A program made the position numbers and the translations under genes. Of a DNA stretch of 23,884 nt, positions 9,935 through 17,282 are shown piece after piece. This DNA is from Candidatus Asgardarchaeum abyssi. GTDB taxonomy: Archaea > Asgardarchaeota > Asgardarchaeia > Asgardarchaeales > Asgardarchaeaceae. Where the stretch lies: assembly GCA_040225955.1 (NCBI GenBank), contig JBECUL010000033.1:1-23884 (forward strand). Reading direction: 5' to 3'. The stretch's first letter is position 1. Every line of letters begins with the position of its first letter. Under the pieces are notes generated by a model. It was not told where the DNA came from. It searched no databases and saw only the letters and a program-made list of their open reading frames with translations.

Positions 9935-10540
9935 TTATTTCCACCTTCTAAGAAATTTTATAAGACTATCATAGCCGTAAGATTTTAATCTAAGAGCTAT
10001 TGCTTTTCGAAGTTGATTATAATTTTGCTTTTTCTTTGCTGATAATATCACAAAATTGTATATATTATCTTTCCAATTTCCAGAGTATCCCAAATCATTA
10101 TAAATTCTGGTAATTATATCGTCGATATTCTTTTTTGGAATCTTATCTATTTTATTTATCACTGTAATAGTATCTATATTTAGTTCTCTTAAAAAATACG
10201 ATAATTCCTTATCAAACATAATAATTCCTTTTTTCTTTAATCTTCTTGAAATCTCATCATAGGTCGATCCATCGATAACATGTAATGCTACTAATATCTT
10301 TTTATAATTATTTTCCAAGAATTTGACTATTTCTTTCTTAATTTCCTCGATTCTTTCCTTCGAAATACCATGCATATATCCAAAACCTGGCAAATCTACT
10401 ACTTTTAGCTTCTCAGCAAAACTATAAACTTTTATCCTTCTAGTAGCTCCTGGCTTTTTTCCAACTACAGTTTTAATACCCATTAGGTCTCTTATTATTG
10501 TTGATTTTCCAACATTAGGTCGGCCAACAAATACAATCAT
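9935..10540 (-). CDS. engB: GTP-binding protein EngB/YsxC family
   Basis: G1 GRPNVGKST, G3 DLPGFG, G4 NKIDK. I prefer ATG 10540 (MIVFVGRPNVGKST). GTG 10558 or 10549 would overlap the lhr stop. The stop codon directly abuts the RPA start (TAAATG). Confidence 0.85.
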   Translation of the reverse strand: MIVFVGRPNVGKSTIIRDLMGIKTVVGKKPGATRRIKVYSFAEKLKVVDLPGFGYMHGISKERIEEIKKEIVKFLENNYKKILVALHVIDGSTYDEISRRLKKKGIIMFDKELSYFLRELNIDTITVINKIDKIPKKNIDDIITRIYNDLGYSGNWKDNIYNFVILSAKKKQNYNQLRKAIALRLKSYGYDSLIKFLRRWK

Positions 10541-10550
10541 GTTTTTCACA

Positions 10551-13397
10551 TTATTCACTTCTCCAATATTGTCTAGTCCTCATAAAATTCTTCTCGGCTT
10601 TAATAATTTCTAATATTAACTTACTTAAATCTCCATCAAAGTTTCTTAATACTCTCGTTGCTGTATTAACTCCTATCCCTTCTCCTGCTAAAGCGTAAGC
10701 TGCTGCTTTACCAAATCTAAGCGTTAAATTTGCAGACATAACTAAATCGTTGTATATCTTTTTATCACTATAATTAAGCTCCGATGAACTTTTTAGCTTA
10801 TCAACCAATTTTTTTAAGCTTTTAAAGTTTCTTGACTTACTTATTCCAATAAATTTTGAACCACAAAATGGGCATTTAATTTCGTTTTCCAGAAATTTTA
10901 CTTTTCTTTGTGTTATCCACCTATAACAATTTAAACAAATTAATATTAAATCTCTGCCCTCCAGCCTTTTCTTCACAACGTTTTCAATAATTTTATTTTC
11001 AACAAGGAATGTAACACTTTCTTCATATTCACCAACTATAGCTGTAATCTTCGATAGCAGAGATAATGGATAAATTTTATCATCAATTAAAAGCTTATTT
11101 TCCTTTATTTCACCCAAAATCTGCTTCGTTTTCTCTATATCGAAAACTCTTTGAAAAATTTCATTAAAAGCCTCCTCTGTTACGATCGTGTCTCGGTATA
11201 TTTCTAGTAGTTTTAGTAACAAAGCTTTTGATACGCTTTTTTCTCTTTTTATTATGCCTATTCTTTTGCACACATTATTAAATTTCCATAGAAAAAGATT
11301 TGTTTCAAGAAGTATTTTCCTTAGAAGTATTTCAATATAATCAGGATTAATAGCTTTTAATGTCTCGATTACATATTTTCCATTCATTTTTGAGCCTATA
11401 TTAAGAAATATTCTGTACGGGTCTGTAACGAAGGTTACCTTTCTTCCAAATCTTGCAGAAAGCAAACCACTTAGTAGATATCCTAGTGTCTTATTTACTT
11501 TGCTTCCAAAAAACGTATATACAACGGCTATGCCATCACCATATTCGATGAAGATATCAGACTTTATAAACTTATTATAGTATGAATCTTTATCATTAAC
11601 TAATTTCGATATGATATTTTTCAAAAAATTAAATGATGCCTCTGTTAAAATGTTTTCATAATAGTTTTCATGAATTGCTAAGTCCTTTATATAATTTCTT
11701 AAAAGGTTTTTTACGTTAATTGCTACTTCATAAGAGACTGGTATAAGTTCCCCAGCCCATTTCGCTATGTTACCTCTTTCCTCGTGAACAGCTTTAACTT
11801 TTACTATTGCTTTTTCGTAATTTATCTCTAAAACAGACCATTTCCGACCTGCAACTATAAATACACTCCCCTCATCCAGTTCTCTCATTACAAAATCCTC
11901 ATCGATCGTGCCGATTTTCTTCCCGCTCGTGGTATCAATAATTACGTATTTCTTAGATTCTTCAATGGTACTTAAATTAGAATAATAATACTCTCTCGAT
12001 CCTGGGGTAAAAGTGATAATATCCTTATTAACAATTTTTATATAATTGAGAGAATTTAGAAAGTGTAGAACTTCTAAAAACCTCTCAAAACTAAGATTGC
12101 GGAAAGAATAACTATTTTTTAAAATGTTCCAAATGTCTTTTATAGTAGTTTTTCGATTTTCAAGAACAATACCTACTATTTGATGTACTAGAACATCCAA
12201 AGCGCATTTATAAATATTACACTTCTCTATAATCCCTTTCTTAGCTAAATTAACAATAGATATAGATTCCAATAAATCATCAAAACTAGTCACAATAATC
12301 TGACCAACTGCAGGTCTTTCTATTGAATGTTGTGAGCGTCCGATTCTTTGTAGGAATTTTGAAACCAATCGTGGTGAACCTAATTGAATTACGAATGATA
12401 CGTGTCCTATATCAATCCCCAATTCTAGTGAAGATGTAGCCACAATCCCTCTTATCTTACCCTCTTTAAAATTAGATTCAGTTTCTATTCTAAATTCTTT
12501 TGATAAAGAGCTATGATGTATTCCTACATCTTTAACCCCTAATTCATTAAGCATAGTGCTAACAATTTCAGCAAAAAGCCTTGTATTAACAAAACATATA
12601 CTTCCTTCTTTAGTATTTAAGATATTCCCCACTTTCTTAATAGCTGCTAAAATTAAGGGTGATGCTAAAGAAAAAGTCCATATAAAATCATCTAATTTTG
12701 TTAACTCTGGAAAATCTATAGATACTCTTAATTCTCTTTTACTTTCCTCACGTATGATCTCATACTCTTTTGACTTAGTTCCAAATAAAAAATTAGCCGC
12801 TTCTACAGGGCAACTTATAGTTGCTGAAAGGCCGATCCTTTGAACTTCTTGCTCCGCAATATTATCTAATCTTTCCAATCCTACACTAAGTTGTGTACCT
12901 CTTTTATTATCAAGAAGTTCGTGTACCTCATCAACAACTACAAATTTAACACTTCTTAGATTGTATTTCATCTTTGGAGCCGCAAGTAAAGCTTGTAAGC
13001 TTTCTGGTGTTGTTATAAGTATATCTGGAGGGTTTTTCAAATGTTTTCTTCTTTGATAGTATGTTGTATCTCCATGTCTTATATCTATCTCGAATCCTAA
13101 ATATTTCGAAAAATCAATAAACCTTCTAAACATATCTCTATTGAGTGCTCTTAGAGGAGTTATATAAAGAACTTTTACTCCGTTACCATTTCTTTCTGAT
13201 AATAGTTTTTGAAATATAGGAATTAATGCAGCTTCGGTTTTTCCCGATCCCGTAGGTGCTATTATTAAAACATTTTTACCATTTAAAATACTAACAAATG
13301 CCTTTTTTTGAAGACTTGTTAATTTATTAAATCCAAGAACATCTCTAATAGCGTCAATTAATCTTTTAGAAACTATATATTGATGGGTGTCTGTCAT
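10551..13397 (-). CDS. lhr: Lhr-family ATP-dependent DExH-box helicase
   Basis: 948 aa. Motif I APTGSGKTEAA, motif II VVVDEVHEL, motif III SAT, motif VI QRIGRSQH. A long C-terminal extension carries a CLNC...CPFC zinc ribbon, as in archaeal Lhr-like helicases. GTGGAT SD lies 7 nt upstream of the ATG. Confidence 0.8.
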   Translation of the reverse strand: MTDTHQYIVSKRLIDAIRDVLGFNKLTSLQKKAFVSILNGKNVLIIAPTGSGKTEAALIPIFQKLLSERNGNGVKVLYITPLRALNRDMFRRFIDFSKYLGFEIDIRHGDTTYYQRRKHLKNPPDILITTPESLQALLAAPKMKYNLRSVKFVVVDEVHELLDNKRGTQLSVGLERLDNIAEQEVQRIGLSATISCPVEAANFLFGTKSKEYEIIREESKRELRVSIDFPELTKLDDFIWTFSLASPLILAAIKKVGNILNTKEGSICFVNTRLFAEIVSTMLNELGVKDVGIHHSSLSKEFRIETESNFKEGKIRGIVATSSLELGIDIGHVSFVIQLGSPRLVSKFLQRIGRSQHSIERPAVGQIIVTSFDDLLESISIVNLAKKGIIEKCNIYKCALDVLVHQIVGIVLENRKTTIKDIWNILKNSYSFRNLSFERFLEVLHFLNSLNYIKIVNKDIITFTPGSREYYYSNLSTIEESKKYVIIDTTSGKKIGTIDEDFVMRELDEGSVFIVAGRKWSVLEINYEKAIVKVKAVHEERGNIAKWAGELIPVSYEVAINVKNLLRNYIKDLAIHENYYENILTEASFNFLKNIISKLVNDKDSYYNKFIKSDIFIEYGDGIAVVYTFFGSKVNKTLGYLLSGLLSARFGRKVTFVTDPYRIFLNIGSKMNGKYVIETLKAINPDYIEILLRKILLETNLFLWKFNNVCKRIGIIKREKSVSKALLLKLLEIYRDTIVTEEAFNEIFQRVFDIEKTKQILGEIKENKLLIDDKIYPLSLLSKITAIVGEYEESVTFLVENKIIENVVKKRLEGRDLILICLNCYRWITQRKVKFLENEIKCPFCGSKFIGISKSRNFKSLKKLVDKLKSSSELNYSDKKIYNDLVMSANLTLRFGKAAAYALAGEGIGVNTATRVLRNFDGDLSKLILEIIKAEKNFMRTRQYWRSE

Positions 13398-13423
13398 TTT
13401 TTATATCCACAAGACTAATTTTA

Positions 13424-13511
13424 TGGGGCCGCCGGGATTCGAACCCGGGACCACGCGGATTTTCGCTCAAAGGTCCCGAACCGCGCATCATACCAGCTAG
13501 ACCACGGCCCC
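13424..13511 (-). tRNA. tRNA-Pro (anticodon CGG) with a 15-nt intron at the canonical 37/38 position
   Basis: Manual fold of the reverse complement:
- Acceptor GGGGCCG/CGGCCCC, discriminator A.
- T arm CCGGG-TTCGAAT-CCCGG.
- Anticodon stem CGCGG...CCGCG separated by 22 nt (7-nt loop TTCGGG.T plus the intron ACCTTTGAGCGAAAA at 13460-13474).
- TTCG pairs with the intron's CGAA, flanked by two 3-nt bulges, giving a canonical bulge-helix-bulge. Confidence 0.85.
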
Positions 13512-13537
13512 ACTTATCAATAGCTTTAGAATATATG

Positions 13538-13548
13538 TTTATATTTTT
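13538..13548 (-). promoter_or_regulatory. TATA box candidate for tRNA-Pro (and possibly the downstream lhr operon)
   Basis: The minus strand reads AAAAATATAAA. Its 3' edge is 26 nt upstream of the tRNA-Pro 5' end at 13511. Confidence 0.4.
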
Positions 13549-13598
13549 ATTTATTGGAACATTTTTCGTAAAAAGTAATAAATAAGAAATAACTCTTA

Positions 13599-13671
13599 GG
13601 CCGGGGCGGGGAGTCGAACCCCGGTCTGGTGGTCCACAGCCACCCAGCCTTACCGCTAGCCTACCCCGGCC
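13599..13671 (-). tRNA. tRNA-His (anticodon GUG) with genomically encoded G-1
   Basis: Manual fold of the reverse complement:
- G(-1), then acceptor GCCGGGG/CCCCGGC, discriminator C.
- D arm GGCT-AGCGGTAA-GGCT (includes G-U pairs).
- Anticodon stem GGTGG/CCACC with loop CTGTGGA.
- T arm CGGGG-TTCGACT-CCCCG. Confidence 0.9.
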
Positions 13672-13863
13672 GCTTTCTGTGTTATACACTAAGATGTAAA
13701 AGTTATTTTTAATTTTTTCGATTGATAAACTGTGTATATGAAATAAATAATTTTACTTCTCATTATTACATACCTTTGATTGAGTATAAAATACCGTTTC
13801 TTCTAAATTTTTAGAATAAATTTTTAAAAAGTTAGTTCTAAGTATGAAAAAGAGGTCGATAGC

Positions 13864-15222
13864 ATGGAACAAAAAGTATTATCTCATATCTTTGAAGCAA
13901 AAAGTGTTGCAGTTATAGGTGCTTCTAGAAATCCAGAGAAATTAGGATATAAGATACTAAAAAATATACTTGATGCTGGCTACAAAGGAAAAGTGTACCC
14001 AATAAATCCAAAGGCGGACGAAATTCTTGGTCTCAAGGCATATCCAAGTATATCAGAGGTTCCAGGTGACGTAGATCTCGCAGTTTTTGTTATACCTGCT
14101 AAGTTTGTCCCATCAACATTGAGAGAATGCGCAAAAAGAAATGTGAAGGGCGCTGTTATTATAAGCGGTGGCTTCGCAGAAGTAGGTAATATTGAATTAG
14201 AAAATGAATTGAAATCTATAATTAAAGAGACAAATATACGAGTGATAGGACCGAATTGTCAAGGAATTAATAATCCGCACTTAGGATTAAATGCAAGTTG
14301 GCCTGTCATAAAGTCTGCTGGCCCCATATCAATTGCTTCACAAAGTGGAACATTTTTTGCAGCCCTACAAATGTGGGCAGATGAGGATAAGATAGGAGTA
14401 TCCAAATGCGCTGCTATGGGCAATAAAATAGATATAGATTTTGATGATTTAATAGAGTATTATGGAGAAGATGAGAATACAAAAGTAATTGCGGTATATA
14501 TGGAAGGAGTGCGTGATGGGAGAAGATTTGTAAAGATAGCAAGAGAAATTTCTAAAAAGAAGCCCATTGTTGTACTTAAAGGTGGACGCACTGAAATAGG
14601 TGCTAAAGCTGTAGCTTCACACACGCGAAGCCTAGCAGGGCGTGATGAAATTTTTGATGCTGCGTTTAAACAATCAGGAATTATTCGTGTCGAGAGTTTA
14701 GAGGAACTGTATGATACCATTAAAGCTTTTTCTCTGCTTAATTTACCAAAAGATAATAGAGTTCTCATTGTTACAAGTAGTGGTGGTAGTGGTATAGTAT
14801 CTGCTGATGAAGCTGAACTTAGAGGGCTCTCGTTACCAGATATTCCTGAAGAACTTAAGCAATCCTTAAAAGAAAAACTTCCTGACTATGTTATCCTTAG
14901 AAATCCACTTGATTTAACTGGAAATGCATATGCAGACCTATATAGAGATACTTTAAATATTGTTATTCATAATGATACATATTCCTCATTTGTTGTAATA
15001 TTTGGTGATCCAATCGAAGGTGCTGCGGATGTTATAAATGAGATGTCAAAAAAGACAAGCAAACCTATATTATCTGTATACTTAGGTGGTGGCGAGATTC
15101 AACAAATTGAAATAGAAAAATTTAGAAGGCTTAAACTTCCAGTTTATCCAACCCCTGAGAGGGCTATTAAAGCTTTATCAAACTTGGTAAGATACTCCAA
15201 ATACTTAAAAACAATTACATAG
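13864..15222 (+). CDS. acdA: Acetate--CoA ligase (ADP-forming) alpha subunit / CoA-binding succinyl-CoA-synthetase-like protein
   Basis: 452 aa.
- N-terminal CoA-binding Rossmann (KSVAVIGASRNPEKLGY...VYPINPK).
- PNCQGI.
- Phospho-histidine loop VASHTRSLAG.
- AGAGGT SD.
- No adjacent beta (ATP-grasp) subunit in this window. Confidence 0.8.
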   Translation: MEQKVLSHIFEAKSVAVIGASRNPEKLGYKILKNILDAGYKGKVYPINPKADEILGLKAYPSISEVPGDVDLAVFVIPAKFVPSTLRECAKRNVKGAVIISGGFAEVGNIELENELKSIIKETNIRVIGPNCQGINNPHLGLNASWPVIKSAGPISIASQSGTFFAALQMWADEDKIGVSKCAAMGNKIDIDFDDLIEYYGEDENTKVIAVYMEGVRDGRRFVKIAREISKKKPIVVLKGGRTEIGAKAVASHTRSLAGRDEIFDAAFKQSGIIRVESLEELYDTIKAFSLLNLPKDNRVLIVTSSGGSGIVSADEAELRGLSLPDIPEELKQSLKEKLPDYVILRNPLDLTGNAYADLYRDTLNIVIHNDTYSSFVVIFGDPIEGAADVINEMSKKTSKPILSVYLGGGEIQQIEIEKFRRLKLPVYPTPERAIKALSNLVRYSKYLKTIT

Positions 15223-15270
15223 GTTATCGCAATATTACACTATCCTTTATCTTTTACATATATTATTAAT

Positions 15271-15329
15271 TAGCTCAGGTCCTGGACGTTGTCATCATGT
15301 ATCAGCGAACCGGATTCTCCTCATTGCTA
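15271..15329 (-). ncRNA. C/D box sRNA (2'-O-methylation guide), unannotated
   Basis: The minus strand reads, 5' to 3':
- UAGC-A (half of the terminal stem)
- C box AUGAGGA
- 12-nt guide GAAUCCGGUUCG
- D' box CUGA
- spacer UAC
- C' box AUGAUGA
- 13-nt guide CAACGUCCAGGAC
- D box CUGA
- GCUA (other half of the terminal stem)
Box order and 12/13-nt spacings fit archaeal C/D sRNAs. It lies in an otherwise unexplained 374-nt spacer. An AT-rich TATA-like element (AATATTTAT) sits about 24-32 nt upstream. Confidence 0.7.
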
Positions 15330-15626
15330 TATTGAATGTCTGATTCAATTACATAAATATTTTTCTTAAAAATCAACTTTTATTGAGTGGCGCTAAATCG
15401 ATTTATACAAGGTCTTTATCACTAATGTGTAGCGATGTTTTAGAGGGTATGCCACTGTATTACTAAAATATATATATCAAAAGATGAATAGATTCTTTTG
15501 CTTTTTTATCGGGTGATTGATTTGTCTACTGTGTTTAAGTCGGATTCAATTTTGAATAAATTTTCTAAATAGTATAATATTTAGTGCTAAATAATAATGA
15601 ATGTCTATAAATGGGGTGTCTATTAT

Positions 15627-16829
15627 ATGAATAACTATGATGATACACCTTTTCCCCTCATAATGAGAAACGTGTTTAAACAATCGAAAGTTGAAAAAAG
15701 GCAGCTAAAATATGAAGCAAGGATTATTATTATAGGCACAGGTGGTGCTGGCTGTAACACAGTAAATCATTTAATGAAAATAGGAATTAGAGGAGCCGAA
15801 TGTATAGCTTGTAATACTGATTATCAACATCTAGAGACTGTTGAGGCTCATTACAAACTCCTTCTCGGTCCAAAAACAACACAAGGTTTAGGGGCTGGGG
15901 GGTTTCCAGAAATAGGTCAAGCAGCAGCAGAAGAATCTCGTGAGGAAATACGTAAGTTTCTTGAAGGGGCAGATCTAGTTTTTGTAACAGCAGGTTTAGG
16001 TGGCGGTACTGGTACCGGCAGCGCTCCAATTATTGCTCAAATAGCTAAAGATGAAGTCGGTGCTATTGTAGTTGGAGTTGTTACAATGCCCTTTTCTCTG
16101 GAAAAATCTCGTGTAGCTAAGGCAAGGGAGGGGCTTAATAGATTAAGAGAGTTTGCTGATACTGTAGTCGTTGTTGATAATGACAAACTCTTAGAGATTG
16201 CTGGTAGTGCTCCACTGGAGGAAGCGTTTGCTATAGCTGATGAAGTTTTAGCTCAAATGGTAAAGGGGATAACTGAAACGATAAATGTTCCTAGCTTAGT
16301 GAACCTAGATTTTGCTGATGTAAAGGCTGTCCTTCAAGGAGGCGGTGTAGCAATGGTTGGAATAGGTGAAGCCAAAGGAAAGCCATCTGAGGAGCGAGCT
16401 AGGACCGCTGTTGAAAATGCATTAAGTAGGCCACTTCTTGAAGTTGATATAACTGGTGCACGTGGCGCACTAATCCATGTTACTGGTGGGCGTGATATGA
16501 CATTGGAAGAGGCTCATAAAGTACCCGATATAATATCTGAAAAATTGGATCCTGACGCAAATGTGATATGGGGTGCTAGAATAGATCCTGAGTTCAATGG
16601 CTACCTCAGGGTGATACTTATAGTCACTGGAGTACAAAGTCCTAATATTTTAGGCCCATTAAGACCCACTTTAAGAACAAGTACTGACTTAAGTAAAACC
16701 TTATTAAGAAAAACGGATGAAAAAATATTATCTCGTCATTTTTCTGAAAATAAACCTTCCGCTGGTCAACCAACTGGAATAGGAAAAGGTAATCGTTATA
16801 AACTTCCTGGTATCGATAGGATTGGATAA
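15627..16829 (+). CDS. ftsZ: Cell division protein FtsZ
   Basis: Tubulin/FtsZ signature GGGTGTG(S)AP, GLGAGGFPEIGQAAAEES and the T7 loop NLDFADV. I prefer ATG 15627, which has a GGGGTG SD 8 nt upstream. The ORF-track start at 15597 has no SD. The long C-terminal tail ends in ...YKLPGIDRIG. Confidence 0.9.
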   Translation: MNNYDDTPFPLIMRNVFKQSKVEKRQLKYEARIIIIGTGGAGCNTVNHLMKIGIRGAECIACNTDYQHLETVEAHYKLLLGPKTTQGLGAGGFPEIGQAAAEESREEIRKFLEGADLVFVTAGLGGGTGTGSAPIIAQIAKDEVGAIVVGVVTMPFSLEKSRVAKAREGLNRLREFADTVVVVDNDKLLEIAGSAPLEEAFAIADEVLAQMVKGITETINVPSLVNLDFADVKAVLQGGGVAMVGIGEAKGKPSEERARTAVENALSRPLLEVDITGARGALIHVTGGRDMTLEEAHKVPDIISEKLDPDANVIWGARIDPEFNGYLRVILIVTGVQSPNILGPLRPTLRTSTDLSKTLLRKTDEKILSRHFSENKPSAGQPTGIGKGNRYKLPGIDRIG

Positions 16830-16832
16830 TAA

Positions 16833-17282
16833 TTAAATAACGATAATTTTATTTCCTCCCTCTTTTTTTGCTTTTTCTAATGCTCTTTTTGCAAGTACTC
16901 TTGTTGGAGTTTGCCACTTCTTTCTCTTTTCTCTTACTTTTCTGAACAGCGTCATATATCCTAATGCTATACCAATACTTATTGTAACGTTAGTCCCAGT
17001 TTCCTTACCTAATTTTTCAATTTCGCGTCTAATGAACTCTAGATCATTGATTATTTCATCTAGTTCGGGCTCTGTCACCTCTAATATTACTTCTTCTGTA
17101 CCTCTTTCATAATCCAACCCATGAAGCACAACAGCTCTGTGCTTTCTAACAAAATTCTCCGCAAGCGATGTCAACTGGGCTGTTATCGTATTTGGAGAAT
17201 ATTCACTAAGCCCAAACCTTTTAACAATATCCCCAAAATTGTCTAAATCCATGGCTATTGTTGCAATTTTTACCTTTCTCAT
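16833..17282 (-). CDS. Orphan single-domain GGDEF-like / nucleotidyl-cyclase-type palm-domain protein, function unknown
   Basis: 149 aa, collinear with GGDEF-domain landmarks:
- IAMDLDNFG corresponds to the DxDxFK metal-binding strand.
- ERGTEEVILEV sits at the RxGGDEF position.
- VTISIGIA corresponds to vSiGia.
- AKRALEKAKKEGGNKIIV corresponds to AD.ALY.AK..GRN.
The start codon overlaps the tgtA stop (ATGA). Confidence 0.5.
   Translation of the reverse strand: MRKVKIATIAMDLDNFGDIVKRFGLSEYSPNTITAQLTSLAENFVRKHRAVVLHGLDYERGTEEVILEVTEPELDEIINDLEFIRREIEKLGKETGTNVTISIGIALGYMTLFRKVREKRKKWQTPTRVLAKRALEKAKKEGGNKIIVI

Noticed and set aside
13424-13671. The tRNA-Pro/tRNA-His pair, and tRNA-Thr at 20619-20705, as possible integration sites of a genomic island or provirus.
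   Set aside because: There is no integrase, no direct repeat of a tRNA 3' end, no transposase or phage-like gene, and no compositional break. The flanking genes are core housekeeping functions.
13366-13689. 107-aa minus-strand ORF spanning the lhr start region and both tRNA genes.
   Set aside because: Its Gly/Pro/Arg-rich translation is simply the reading of two GC-rich tRNA genes (tRNA-Pro, tRNA-His) and the spacer between them. The tRNA folds fully explain the region.
15387-15456. Long-range inverted repeat AGTGGC...GCCACT with an inner GCTA/TAGC pairing. Considered as an H/ACA or other structured sRNA.
   Set aside because: The internal loop is one-sided (0 vs 17 nt), so there is no pseudouridylation pocket. 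There is no ACA box after the hairpin on either strand and no K-turn. The stems are only 6 and 4 bp. It may simply reflect the TAGCGAT-type motif copy at 15430-15438.
15597-15626. Upstream ATG start for ftsZ (MNVYKWGVYY).
   Set aside because: There is no SD upstream of 15597, while a GGGGTG SD sits 8 nt before ATG 15627. The extra 10 residues are not FtsZ-like. This is kept only as an alternative.
15627-16829. ftsZ appears more GC-rich than its neighbours, raising the possibility of horizontal transfer.
   Set aside because: The excess is explained by the Gly/Ala-rich FtsZ composition (GGN/GCN codons). Codon style and SD usage look the same as in neighbouring genes.
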